This document shows, one piece after another, positions 13,307 through 26,935 of a stretch of 64,000 nucleotides of DNA. The notes beneath the pieces are model-generated. The model was not told the DNA's origin. It worked only from the letters and a program-made list of their open reading frames with translations, and did no database searches. A program made the position numbers and the translations under genes. The stretch's first letter is position 1, and each line of letters starts with the position of its first letter. Source of the DNA: Octopus vulgaris (lineage: Eukaryota); contig OX597840.1 in NCBI GenBank assembly GCA_951406725.2, positions 2,232,001-2,296,000 of the forward strand, given 5' to 3'.

Positions 13307-13576
13307 TAATATTTTTTTTTAAATGTGCCCATATATGTGTTTGTATGTGTATGAGACTATGTGTGTGTGTGTGTATAAATATATATTGGTACGAATTTTG
13401 CGTCCCAAATACATGGATTTGGTATCTGTCCCAATGCGGGACACTTTCGGGCAAGTGCCTCCTGTTACAGATACAAAGCCTTGTAAGTGGATGTGGTAAA
13501 CGGGAAAAGAAAGCGGGAACCTGGAACCATGTAGTTGGTAAGCGAGCTACTTACACAGCCACTCCTGTTCCCATAA

Positions 13577-13633
<57 letters not shown>

Positions 13634-13736
13634 TTTCTCAGGGTATCATATATCCGAAAATGAAGTACACCATAGAACAAGCGCACACTCACGTTTGTGT
13701 GTATATACATACATACAAACATACATATATATATAA

Positions 13737-13789
<53 letters not shown>

Positions 13790-13794
<5 letters not shown>

Positions 13795-14094
13795 GTGTAT
13801 ATTAAGGGCTAAAAACCACTATGTGGACAGCCATATTCTAGAAATGGATCCCCTACGATCAAACTACAAAGAAAGAAATTTTCTCTAGAGAACATTCTTC
13901 CTTTGTAGTTTGATCGTAGGTGATCTATTTCTAGCATATTGTTGTCCACATAGCGGTTTTTAGCCCTTAATATACACATGTATTAGAATTTTCTCTGGTT
14001 TTTCAGATTTTTGTATGCTAGGCTACTGCTATTAAATTGACATTAATTAAATTAATATTCAATTTATCTCCCTCATTATTTAAATGTTATATAT
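13790..14094 (+). mobile_element. Fold-back element: ~190-bp palindrome (13790-13982) plus 3' tail
   Basis: Arms pair around ttctctagagaa; right arm and tail homologous to 21317-21510 and 22246-22402 (minus). Confidence 0.75.
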
Positions 14095-14460
14095 TGTGCA
14101 TAGTGCCAAGGACTCCAAATTTGCCACCAAGATGTAGGACAAGATACTGTGATAGCCTGGGCTTCAGAGGTCCACAGATCTTCAATATCTTCCCGAAGAA
14201 CCTGAGAGACCAGCATGAGGTGGATGCAGATGTCTTTAAAATAAAACTGGATCTCTTCCTGTCAGGTGTCCCAGATGAACCAACTTCACGGCAGGAGGTA
14301 CAGATGAGGGCAGCTGCATCGAACTCTCTCATGCACCAAATGGCAATTGCTAAAAAACATTCGTGAAGTAAAATCATGTAGCAACACCAAATGGCGGTGC
14401 CCCAGCATAGCCACAGCTCGTGAGCTGAAACAAGATAAAAAAAAATTAAAAATAAAAATA
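14095..14460 (+). mobile_element. 3' fragment of CR1/L2-group LINE
   Basis: Near-identical to 38492-38831 (CIVPRTP...FRGPQIFN...KKHS*). Confidence 0.9.
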
Positions 14461-14611
14461 TATATATATATAACATAGGTCGGGTTCATTTCAGTTTCTG
14501 TTTAACAATTCCACAGATAAGTCTTCGATCAACCCGAAGATACTGCAAATGTGCCACGTAGAAAGACTGAACCCGGAACAATGTCGTGCTTACTACACAT
14601 CCACGGGTATG

Positions 14612-14699
<88 letters not shown>

Positions 14700-14897
14700 T
14701 GTGTTTGTGTGTGTGTGTGTGTATGAATGCATATTTATGACGATGTTGTATATGGCTTAAAAGAAATCCAAATGCATCCTGTGACATAAACGATGTAATA
14801 TTATTCATAGAAGTGATAAGACAACTGACTCATTATTCGCTGACATATTCGGGAGATAAGTGAAATGCTTATTGCACGGGATATATGCATATATGCA

Positions 14898-14979
<82 letters not shown>

Positions 14980-15000
14980 TAAAATATTGGTAAGATAATG

Positions 15001-15059
<59 letters not shown>

Positions 15060-15186
15060 AGACATATATATGTACTTATATTTATATGAAAGCACATATC
15101 GATATTTGCACATAAATATTTACATGCGTATATACATTTACATGCATATATATAAATATGTATGCGTGTGTTTGAGTGTGTATGCA

Positions 15187-15261
<75 letters not shown>

Positions 15262-15298
15262 GACATATGTCTTTAAACATACATATAAATCAATATGG

Positions 15299-15367
<69 letters not shown>

Positions 15368-15753
15368 TGTATACAGATACATTTATTCATATGTTATTGT
15401 GTGTGTACGTGTATTTGTGGTATGTGTGTGTGTAAGTATACGTGTTTGTCTGAACCAATGCCGCATGTCTAAGCTCATTGATATGCTGGATGCTGAACAT
15501 CCATGTATATATTATATATTACAGATACAAGCGGACATTTATTCTCTGCATATTGCAAGATGTCGTTATTAAAGAAAGCAGCAAAATGCAAATGTATTGA
15601 GGGAAATGTTTATTGTAAACCTTTATAACCATTTACGGTAAACACTGTTCTAGCTACACACACACGCACACACATATGTATTCATACATACATACATATA
15701 TACATACATATATACATACATATATACATACATATATACATACACACATACAA

Positions 15754-16053
15754 TTATTTATTTATGCGCCCTTTTAAGCCTAGCCAGGCTCATGGGCCCG
15801 GTTTCCTGGTTTCTATGGCGTATGTGTTCCCCACCCCAGTTGGACGGGACGCCAGTCCATCGTAGCTTTACTGAAGAAACATAAAGAAAGAGTGAGAGAA
15901 ATTTAGGGCGAAGAGTTCCACAGGGGTTGCCACCACCCGCTGTGGGAGCCTCGTGGAGCTTTAGGTGTTTCTCCTCAATAAACACAGACAAAGCCTCGTC
16001 TGGGGATCGAAACCGCGAGTCCTCAGCCCCAGTCACTGGGCCGTTGCGCCTCA
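15754..16053 (-). mobile_element. SINE head B + tail Z
   Basis: Shares aaacacctaaagctcc...ttctctcactctt with 8973-9361; tail gatggactggcgtcccgtcc...aaaagggcgcataaat. Confidence 0.85.
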
Positions 16054-16101
16054 CATGCATACATACATATCTATCTATCTATATATCTATCTATCTATCT
16101 A

Positions 16102-16163
<62 letters not shown>

Positions 16164-16219
16164 CATACATACATTTATATATGCGTATGTATGTATGTAT
16201 GTATATATCTATATAAATA

Positions 16220-16830
16220 CTAGATTAAAAGCTGCACTCAGTAAGGACATTCAAGCTAGCTCGTGCGGAGAACTAATTGTACCTCTGGTTCAAAACTAAA
16301 GAGAGAAATAATAATTAAGCTTTTATTAGTATACTACCATCTCAGATTTACATAACAGAGTACAACATTAGGGAATAGTAACAATTGGAGATCACTCTAA
16401 AGCAACAGAATAAACAGTATTTTCAGATTTACCATTTGGTTCTAGCATGAAAAGATTGTTGCAGCTTCAAACCCCGGAACAAGCAACATATAAGTGACTA
16501 TAGGAAAAGCACTACTGTATAAGATGAAGTCCAACAATTTTGAGTGATTTTTCCTTGACACTTGCGAATCGGCGTTGCAAAACTAACGCGTACTCGCAAT
16601 TGAAGACTCTTGAATTTAAAAGGCATGTTTTCTGGAATCAATGGAATTTTTGGAATAAACACATTTTCTCCCTTTCCTTGTCCACTGATTTTGAAGCATT
16701 TGCCTGGCAATCAGTCTTGCTCCATTGTACACCTTTGGGAGAGCAAAATATCTCAAAGGCGTGATTGGATCTCGTTTCTTCAATGTCAGTTTGGGAAAAG
16801 TCATTCCAGGAGAATCGAAAGAGTTTAGAA
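16220..16830 (-). pseudogene. Decayed Helitron PIF1-helicase C-terminal fragment
   Basis: Frameshifted peptides PKVYNGARL, GQGKGENVFIPKIPLIPENMPFKFKSLQLRVRVSFA...KCQG, LYVACSGV match Helitron helicase motifs; boundaries approximate. Confidence 0.8.
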
Positions 16831-17226
16831 ACCCACTAGTTATTATTAAAGGAGAGATATAAAGAGGCCAATGCAAAAAAAAAAAGGTACCCGACATAAA
16901 AAAGAAAGAACTGTAGTTTATTTGTTCGATTAAAATTTTCTTCAAGGCGGTTCCTCCGCGTGGCCGCAGTCTGATGTTAGAAAGAGTTAAAAGAACCTCC
17001 AAATTTCTTAGTAAAAGTTTAAGCTAAGGAATGTAACTCTTGTTCACCTATCTCAGTAATACTATGGTTCTGATATATCTCGCAGTCGCTTTACCTGCTG
17101 GAGATATCACCCCCATTTCTTTTACATCAGATCTCAAAGCGCTAAGAACCCGTATTAGAGTTAATATATCTATATCTATATACATACATATATATATATA
17201 TATTATTATTATTATTATTATTATTA

Positions 17227-17264
<38 letters not shown>

Positions 17265-17388
17265 TCTCCCTTTAGTTTTCAGCCACAGGCACAAGTAGTT
17301 CTCCGCAGGAGCTAGCTTGAAAAATCCATACGGAGTGCGGCTTTTAAGCTTGTATTTATATACATAGTATTTACACACACACACACAA

Positions 17389-17425
<37 letters not shown>

Positions 17426-17460
17426 CGTATATATATATATATACATACATATATATTTTT

Positions 17461-17575
17461 CATAAGTACCATAATAAACACATTGTAGCGAACGATGAGT
17501 TTATTTTGGTAGTTTTGACTTTAAGAGTCCCTCCTAGCGTGAAATATTTATGTATAGTAATACCCTTAATATAGA
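17461..17575 (+). repeat. Truncated fold-back copy of the 48390-48600 element tail
   Basis: aagagtccctcctagcgtga is the reverse complement of tcacgctaggagggactctt at ~48418-48437; short inverted repeat taccataataaac/gtttattttggta. Confidence 0.65.
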
Positions 17576-17770
17576 TAAATCTAATTAAAGGGAATAATTA
17601 ATAAATTTTTTCTTTATGAGGTTTTTCACGTTAATTGATAATTTCTTATAAAGGTTTTATCCAATTTTGAAATTGTACATACGTACATACATACACACAT
17701 ACATATATATATATATATACATACACACATACACACACAGACACACACAGACACACACACACACACACAT

Positions 17771-17801
<31 letters not shown>

Positions 17802-18025
17802 GGCGTAGGAATGTTTGTGTGGTAAGTAGTTTGTTTACCAACCACATGGTTCTGCGTGCAGTCCCATTGCGTGGCACCTTGGTCAAGTGTCTTCTACTAT
17901 AGCCTCCAAAGCCTTGTGAGTGGATTTATTTGTCCTCGCAACATCGCTTGACAACCGATGCTGTTGTGTTTACGTCCCAGCATGTCCACAGTCAAATTAC
18001 TGAAACAAGTAAAAGAGTAAAAGAA
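17802..18025 (+). mobile_element. Internally deleted SINE S1
   Basis: S1 head and tail with several deletions. Confidence 0.8.
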
Positions 18026-18650
18026 TATATATGTATATATATATGTGTGTGAGTGTGTATGTATGTATTATGTATGCATGTATATACTTACATGTATAAG
18101 TGCGTGTTTGCTTGGTTATGCCCGTATCGTAAACTTTAAGTTAAACCAATCGTTAGAACTGCGTTTATTTTTGTTTTTGCTGCCCCCATCAGTCTCTTGG
18201 TCTCACTATCACCCCACTAGATTAGCACTTTAGCAAACTCAATAAACGCACTTTAAATAAAAAAAACAAAACCTTAACCATAACAGACAAGGCCGAAACC
18301 ATACAATGGCGTCGAATTGATAAACAAGAAATTAAATAAAATAAAATTTTAAAAAACCAAAAAAAAAAAAACAACTTTCAACTCAGTGACCCAGCATGGC
18401 CGCAGAGTGCTTACTGTAGTCACCATAAGATTGTAAACAATAACATAACTGAAGAATCATGAATAAGAATTCTATATTGAAAACAGACGCCAATTATGGT
18501 AGCAGAAATTCTTGGAAATGTTTCTTATTTGTCCCAGTTGGCCAGCCATGGACTCCGCGTTGACACGTCACCATTCGCAGCAAGATCATGATGTTATCGT
18601 TTCACATTCTATAATTCGCTATGTCTTTATTATTTCTATTAATTTCTTTC

Positions 18651-18691
<41 letters not shown>

Positions 18692-19037
18692 TGTGTGAAT
18701 ATTGTGTGTGTATGTGCGCCAGCTTGTGCGGCTTTCGATTTATTGTTATATTATTTTTATGTTTTGGCTTGATAATTAGAACACAAAAATGGTAATAGTC
18801 TATTCTATATGTCAGAGTATAAGCATGGACGTGTGTGTAAATGTATCTCTGTGTGTATGTTTGTGTGTGTGTGTGTATGTGTGTGTGCATGTGCACGTAT
18901 AATTGTTCACACTCAGATACACACACACACACACACACACACGTATATAAATGTATATTATTTATTATCTAGTTCTGTTACGCATTTTCTTTTCTTGCCA
19001 TCCCTGCACCGATCCATACACATGAATATACATACAT

Positions 19038-19073
<36 letters not shown>

Positions 19074-19109
19074 TGGTATGTATATATATTATATATATAT
19101 AAGCGCATA

Positions 19110-19141
<32 letters not shown>

Positions 19142-19348
19142 CATCTATATATGATTTCATATACATATATACATACATATATATAGAAACCGATAAAAAT
19201 ACTGATTTACACCTATACACACATGATTATAAATGTTTTTTCTGTATGAGTGTGTATAACCATATATCTACACCGAAATACATAAACAAAATCAGACACG
19301 CACATACTTACATACATACGTACATACATACATACATACATACATACA

Positions 19349-19384
<36 letters not shown>

Positions 19385-19396
19385 TATATGTAAATG

Positions 19397-19429
<33 letters not shown>

Positions 19430-19603
19430 GTATATATATATATGTGTGTGTATATATATATATACATATATATGTATATATATATTTATATATATATGTC
19501 ATTGAACCTAAGTTGGTTCGTCTGTCTCTGATGTACAGTACAGTCAAGAAATTACGGCGTACATAGTCATGAAATGATTGTCAATGAATGGGTGTTAATT
19601 GTA

Positions 19604-19620
19604 GCCGTTAGGGGGCGCCA
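19604..19620 (+). promoter_or_regulatory. Candidate CTCF-binding motif
   Basis: GCCGTTAGGGGGCGCCA resembles the CCNNNAGRKGGCGC consensus; lies in a non-microsatellite island. Confidence 0.35.
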
Positions 19621-19742
19621 AGTGCACGGAGATAAAGTCAACTTTTTTGTCGTCACAGATATGCTTTCTTCCTGCGAATCCTCTAAAGATTCCACTATTT
19701 TTAACATTTTTTCTTGATCGCACTTTTTCATGATTCCTTCAC

Positions 19743-19795
<53 letters not shown>

Positions 19796-20031
19796 TCTCT
19801 CTCTATCTATCGATTTCTTTCTCTGTTACTTAAACGCTGTTCCCCGCCTTCCCCATATATTCCTCTTTCCCCTGTCTTTCGTTTTTGCCTTTTCTTTGTC
19901 TATTTGTCTCTCTCTCTCTCCCCCCTATCTTTCTCTCTTACCTTCATTCTCTAACTCTCTCTGTCGTTATGCATTTATACTCAAAGGTGTATGTGTGCCC
20001 GTGCGTATGAGATCAGTGGCTTTTTAGGTGT

Positions 20032-20145
<114 letters not shown>

Positions 20146-20488
20146 ATGTATATATATATGTATGTGTGTATATATATATATAAACAATATAATTATTTAT
20201 CTATACCTATCTATCTATCTCTCTCTCTTTATGTATATAAATATATAAATATATATATACACGTATGTTAATACATATATACATACAGTCACGGAGAGAG
20301 AGAACGTGAGAGTGAGGAGAGAAGGAAGAGGATGGAAAGATAATTCGAAGAGTGTTAGAGTGTGTAAGTTGTGTGTTTGTGTGCGCATGAGCGTTTACAT
20401 GTGTGTATATCATGAGTTAAACTACTAAAGATTAAAGATCGCATTCCATATATTTGTATACACACCTGTATATGTGAGTGCGTGCTCA

Positions 20489-20567
<79 letters not shown>

Positions 20568-20639
20568 ATACGTATATTGAATATGTTTACACGCGCGGAC
20601 ACAAGCATACACACATCAGATAGATCCATACACACGAAT

Positions 20640-20846
20640 GTTCTTTTGTTTCATTCATTATGACTGAGGCCATGCTGGAACACGGCATTAAAAGGTTTTA
20701 GTCGATGGAATTGAACCCAGGGATTCTTCATTTCTAAGACTAGTATTTATTTCATCGGTCTCTTTTGGTGAACTGTTAAGTTACGGGAACGTAAACACAC
20801 CAGCGTCGGTTGTTCAGCGATGGCGAGGTGGACAAACATATACACA

Positions 20847-20850
<4 letters not shown>
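20640..20850 (-). mobile_element. Decayed SINE S1 tail
   Basis: gtttcattcattatgactgaggccatgctgg...gtaaacacaccagc. Confidence 0.7.
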
Positions 20851-20943
<93 letters not shown>

Positions 20944-21171
20944 CGACACCTTTATTTTAAATTTAAAATTAAATTAATATGTTCTCTAACCGGCAAAGGT
21001 CGCTATAGTAAAATATTATCTGCAGCATCAGTTTTTCGGGTAATTTAGCGAGCCGAAGCGAGAATATTTGAAATAGTAGCCACGAGTGTAATGGGTAGGA
21101 CTGTTTTACAAGTCTGACTTTGTATAGACGCCATAGTATGCAGTCCTGCAAATTACATTCACCTGGGACGG

Positions 21172-21243
21172 TCGTACCGATGATCTACAGACAGTTACGT
21201 AAGTAAGATTGCATAATTTGTTGATAGTGAAACATGTATACGA
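21172..21243 (+). ncRNA. Type I hammerhead motif (CCGATGA core, long stem II)
   Basis: TCGTA-CCGATGA-tctacagacagtta...taatttgttgatagt-GAAA-catg-TA-TACGA. Confidence 0.65.
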
Positions 21244-22212
21244 ATAATCCATATTTTTATTACTTTTTCTTTTGTCTCACTCGATTACGTTTTGGTTGTT
21301 TTGCTAAATTTTTCTTGAGAACATTTCTTGGTGGTGAGACTGTAGCGGATCTATTTCTAGCATATGGGTGTCCACATGGTGGTTTCCCTCTAATATATAT
21401 ATAATACAGTTTTACTGAACCTTCGGTTTTTTTTAATGCTAGACCACTGGTGTGAAATCGATGTTAATTAAATTAATATCTAATTTCTCACCCTTATTTT
21501 AAATTCTATATATATATACATCTTCCTAAAAATAATAATGATAGTGGCCACGGGCGTAAAAGCTGTATAGGCAAATTTAATAATTATATATAAGATGTAT
21601 AAATATATTTATATATTATGGAGTAATACATAAGCACCTACATTATTAAAAACACAATTGAAATTACTTTGTGGCTTAGGAGTATTTTGACTTCTATTTC
21701 TAGTGAAGCATTGCTTATGTAGTACCCTAGAATATACAAATATATTTATATATCTTATATGTCTATACATATATATATATAAGAATAAATGTTTTTATAT
21801 ATAAAGAACGTGAAATACAGGAAGGGACGAACACGGAACACAGACAAATCATTCGAAGCCTTCAATCTTCAGTCAGACACCGAATCATCATAGCAAATTT
21901 CGGCTGTTCAATTCTGATATTTGCTCCAACTCGGCCAGCCCCAAGAAAAAAACTAAGCTGTAAGCATTAGATTTCTTGGTAGAAGACAAGAATGTAGACG
22001 CAAGAGACGGATGTAAATACAAGAGACGAAAACGAAATTGAAAACAGTAATGGATAAACAAAATATAACGGTGGTTGTCTTACGACTTTAGACCAAATGA
22101 GACAAAAACAACAACAACATAGCAGCTGGCGTAGAAATAATTACCTTTTCGGTAGAGGGGACACATGTTGGTCGAGATACGATCGCCAACAGAATGGTTA
22201 AAAAACAGCAGG

Positions 22213-22245
<33 letters not shown>

Positions 22246-22249
<4 letters not shown>

Positions 22250-22465
22250 AAATGAGGGTGAAAATTGGATGTTAATCTATTCAACATCAATTTAACACCA
22301 GCGGTCTAGCATATTAAAATCTAAAGGTTCAGTAAATTGTATTATATACATATGAGAGGGATGACTACTGTGTGGACAACCCTTATGCTAGACGTAGATC
22401 CGCTATGGATTTACTTCTAGCATAAGGGTTGTGCACATAGTGGTCATCCTTCTCATATGTATATA
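22246..22465 (-). mobile_element. Fold-back copy of the 21172-21510 family
   Basis: Palindrome 22343-22465 around gctat; tail homologous to 21345-21510. Confidence 0.7.
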
Positions 22466-23467
22466 TATAGATATATATATATAGAGAGAGATAAATAGAT
22501 AGATAGATAGATGACATGCAAAGGTGTAATTTTCTATGTGTGCTTCGGGTTGTACATCATTGTCATACATGTATGACAAATAGATCAATAGATCCATATA
22601 GAGAGAGATACAAATACATATGTATGTATGTCTGCATACGACTAAGTAAATATACAGGTATGCGCATGACTCTTCCTTTGATGAGAAATCGCTCCAACAC
22701 ACCACGACATTTGATCCTTTTGAACTTTTCTAAACTTTTTGGTAATTTCTGCTTTTTTCTATTGTTGTTTCTCTCAATCCGCACTTGTTACCTTGCCTCT
22801 CTCTCCCTCCCTTTCTTTTCCCCTCTTGCCCTCTCTTCTCCCTTTCTCCTCCTTTCTCTCATTGTTTTTTTTTTTATTCCTCATCCCACCTTTTGTATTT
22901 TTTCTCCTGACGCCATTTGCATTTTTTCTCCCCACACCTTTTGAATTTTTCCTTCTCACGTCTTTATTTCCCTTTCTCTCTCTCCCCCTTTTTTCTCATT
23001 TCCCTTTTCTTCCCGTTTCTCAATCATGCTCGATTACAAATCTTTCCTCCTCCACCTTCAGCACCGCCTAAAAAACCCACCTTGCCACGCACCCTTTCCG
23101 CTGCTTTCAACCTTCTATTAACCTTTCCCAACTAATTTTCACAAAAACCACGCTTCTCTAGCCACCTTTCCTTTCTCAGTCGCTGCCTTCATCACCGCCT
23201 CAACCCTAAAGGTTTCCTCCTCCATTTCCTCCCCACAGTCCACTCTGCTTCAACCATCCTACCCATTCTCCGTACTACACTTACCACCTTTTGCGCGCAA
23301 CCATTCGTTCTAATCTCTCCAAAATACACGCCATCGACCTCCTTCTCCCTCTTGCTTCTTTTCCTCTCAGTCGCCCTCCCATGATAACACTACGTTAGGT
23401 TACATAATTCATTCAAATTACGTCTTTCATCGATTTCTTGCTCACACCAAACAACGTAAACCCCAAG

Positions 23468-23524
23468 CCCCAGCATGGCCACAGCTCGTGAGCTGAAACT
23501 AGATAAAATAAAATAAAATAATAA
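23468..23524 (+). mobile_element. Extreme 3' tip of the CR1/L2-group LINE
   Basis: ccccagcatggccacagctcgtgagctgaaactag + (ataaa)n. Confidence 0.8.
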
Positions 23525-23687
23525 ACACTCTTTCATTCCATCACATCCGATGTCACTACCCCATCTCCTCCTCTACCTATCTTCCTCTCTGATAGACTTC
23601 CCTTACCCTCACCAACCCCCGTCCCTCCACACACATACCCCTCATCACCTCCCTCCCACCCTTCCACCACCCCGTCATCCCTCCTAC

Positions 23688-23923
23688 TTCTTATTTCTTT
23701 ATTGCCCACAAGGGGCTAAACATTGAGGGGACAAACAAGGACAGACAAAGAGATTGTGTCGATTACATCGACCCCAGTGCCATACTGGTACTTAATTTAT
23801 CGACCCCGAAAGGATGAAAGGTAAAGTCAACTTCGGCGGAATTTGAACTGAGAACGTAACGGCAGACGAAATACCGCTAAGCATTTCACCCAGTGATCGA
23901 ACGCTTCTGTATAGCTCGCCGCC
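23688..23923 (-). mobile_element. SINE family S2, full length
   Basis: Reverse-complement homolog of 9463-9700. Confidence 0.9.
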
Positions 23924-24179
23924 TCCTACTTCTGTCGCATCCACCTCGCCCCCAATTCAGTCTGTTGTTACCATTCCTCCAGATCTTCTTATCTCCGAGG
24001 CAGAGCGCTCCCTCCTCAGTAGGGGTCTGCGCTTCAAACCCCTCACTCCATCCAGCAAGTACATACGTCAAGATACACCTCTCCTCCTTCATACAGTAAA
24101 CACGCCCAACGCACCCAATTCACATTCCTCAAATGAAAACCCGTAGTCAACGCCACGATTCTTCTTGTTCCTTTTTTTT

Positions 24180-24687
24180 TCATTTCATTTTTTTTCATTT
24201 CATCTAGTTTCAGCTCACGAGCTGCGGCCCTGCTGGGCCACTGCCATTTGGTGTTGCTACATAATTTTACTTCACGAATGCTTTTTAACTATTGACATTC
24301 AGTGCATGAGTCTTTGATGCAGCTGCCCTCATCTGCACTTCCTGCCATGAAGTTGGTTCATCTGGGACACCTGACAGGAAGTGGTCCAGTTTTAGTTTGA
24401 CGACACCTATATCCACCCCATGCAGGTCTCTCAGGTCCTTCTGGAGGACATTGAAGAGCTGTGGACCTCTGAAGTCCAGGCTATTGCAGTATCTTGTCTT
24501 ACATCTTGATGGCAAATTTAGAGTCCTTGGCACTATGAAGTGGCGTCCTGTTCTAGTATTTGTGTAACTCTCGATGCCAAAGTTTGGGACAAGTCCTTCC
24601 AGGATCTCTTAGATGTATATTATAGCATATCTTTCTCGCCTACGCTCTAAGGAATAGAGTCTTAATCTCTTGAGTCTTTCCCAATAG

Positions 24688-24690
<3 letters not shown>
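24180..24690 (-). mobile_element. 3' fragment of CR1/L2-group LINE
   Basis: Homologous to 38342-38831; ORF 24285-24533. Confidence 0.9.
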
Positions 24691-24733
<43 letters not shown>

Positions 24734-26738
24734 CTAGCAGTATCGCCCGGCGTTGCTCGGGTTGTAAGGGAAATAACTATATAAGCATTTTTAGAGAGTT
24801 ATAGCCAAAAAATAGCAAAAAAATGCATTAAAAATTGAAAAAAATTAAGGTAAATTTTTTTTTTAAATCGTTACACATCGTAGATATTTTTAGAGAGTTA
24901 CTTCCCTTATATAAAAGCGAAAAAAATACATTAAAATGGAAAAATATGATGGTAAATTTTTTAAAAATCGTAGACTCATCGTAGACGCGCGCTAATACCC
25001 AGAAGGGCTCGATATGAATCACGACTATAAGATACCCGCTTTTGGTTAAACTGCACCGCAAAATGTGGGAGTAGTTACGAATCTAAATCGAACGGGACAG
25101 ACACACAACTACACTCTTATATAAAGATGCTTTTTTTTTCAGTCATAGAGTTACATTTATGAAGGTCTTCAGTAGAAAATCCTTCGAATTCTGACTCTCT
25201 GCTTGATTTAATGAAATTCGTATCCATTTTTTGTCAGAATTACAAATTTCGAAAACACAATAGGAACAAATTTTGGAAAAAAATCTCCCATAATTCACGG
25301 AATTAAAATTACACTTCGATTTTTGTACAAAACTGTATTTGAAGTGTTTACGAAGTATAATACGTGTTTTCACGAATGTAGTAAAGAGATTTACTCTGAT
25401 ATTCTCATTTAAATATGAATAGGTAAATTCGGGCGGTTTGGTAACGAAAGGGTTTATATAAGTGTCGTCTGTTTATACATAAACACTGTTTCATACTGTC
25501 GCTAATTTACTCTCTTCCAAGAACATTTTCACTCACTCTTATCTGTTAGCTTCCCATACATTTTACTCATGTATCTATCAGCATGATAGAGAGAAACAAA
25601 TATTACATCTAGTTTCACTTTATTCGTTGCCCAGTGTGTGTGTGCGTTTGCGTGTGCTGTAAACCAGACTAAGAAAAGCATTTGACACACACACCAGAAT
25701 GTGAGTTTTCTGTAAATTTTGCTTAATTGGAGTTTAAATTTTAAAAACTGGACCTGGCATGACGCGATGCGTTGTACTCTTAAAAATGCTAGGTAAATTG
25801 TAATTGAAGAAATCCTATATTGTAGATTTGTATAACTCCCAAAGGGAGGCAGATAAAATCTGCCTTTTATAATAAGAGATGCTTTTTTTTTTCAGTCATA
25901 GAGTTAGATTTATGAAGGTCTTCAGTAGAAAATCCTTCGAATTCTGACTCGCTGCTTGATATAATGAAATTCGTATCCATTTTTTGTCAGAATTACAAAT
26001 TTTGAAAACACAATAGGAACAAATTTCGGAAAAAAATCTCCCATAATTCACGGAATTAAAATTACACTTCGATTTTTGTACAAAACTGTATTTGAAGTGT
26101 TTACGAAGTATAATACGTGTTTTCACGAATGTACTAAAGAGATTTACTCTGATATTCTCATTTAAATATGAATAGGTAAATTCGGGCGGTTTGGTAACGA
26201 AAGGGTTAAACGGATGCATACATTTATTAATAACTATATATAAGTGTCGTCTGTTTATACATAAACACTGTTTCATACTTTCAGTTTAGTCTTCCTCAAA
26301 TCACTCTGTCGCTATTTACTCTCTTCCAAGAACATTTTCACTCACTCTTATCTCTTAGCTTGCCATACATTTTACTCATGTATCTATCAGCGTGATAGAC
26401 AGAGACAAGTATTACATCGCCATCGCCATCGCATTCTATTGTCTACCTGTCAACACACACACAGTGAATTAGTTTCAGTTTATTCGTTGCACACTGTGTG
26501 TGTGCGTTTGCGTGTGCTGTAAACCAGACTAAGAAAAGCATTTGACACACACACCAGAATGTGAGTTTTCTGTAAATTTTGCTTAATTGGAATTTAAATT
26601 TTAAAAACTGGACCTGGCATTACCCGATGCATTCTACTCTTAAAAATGGTAGGTAAATTGTAATTGAAGAAATCCTATATTGTAGATTTCTATAAGTGAC
26701 AAAGGGAGGCAGATAAAATCTGCCTTTTATAATAAGAT
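24734..26738 (-). mobile_element. Composite non-autonomous Helitron (one 3' end, three 5' ends)
   Basis: Minus-strand 3' end cccgagcaacgccggg hairpin + CTAG|T; A|TC 5' ends near 25128, 25880 and 26738; internal duplication 25129-25880 / 25881-26738. Confidence 0.85.
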
Positions 26739-26744
26739 TATAAT

Positions 26745-26830
<86 letters not shown>

Positions 26831-26862
26831 ACACACATATATATATATATATATATATACAT

Positions 26863-26915
<53 letters not shown>

Positions 26916-26935
26916 CATATATATATATATATATA

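Larger units (their letters stand above)
23060..24140 (+). pseudogene. Decayed Penelope-like element ORF, N-terminal region
   Basis: Peptides RFSSHLSFLSRCLHHRLNPKGF (~23151-23216) and VVTIPPDLLISEAERSLLSRGLRFKP (~23964-24041) are typical PLE N-terminal motifs; interrupted by a SINE and a LINE tail. Confidence 0.7.

Noticed and set aside
18280-18315. CAGACAA-ggcc-GAAA-ccat/atgg
   Set aside because: Multiple core mismatches and no stem I
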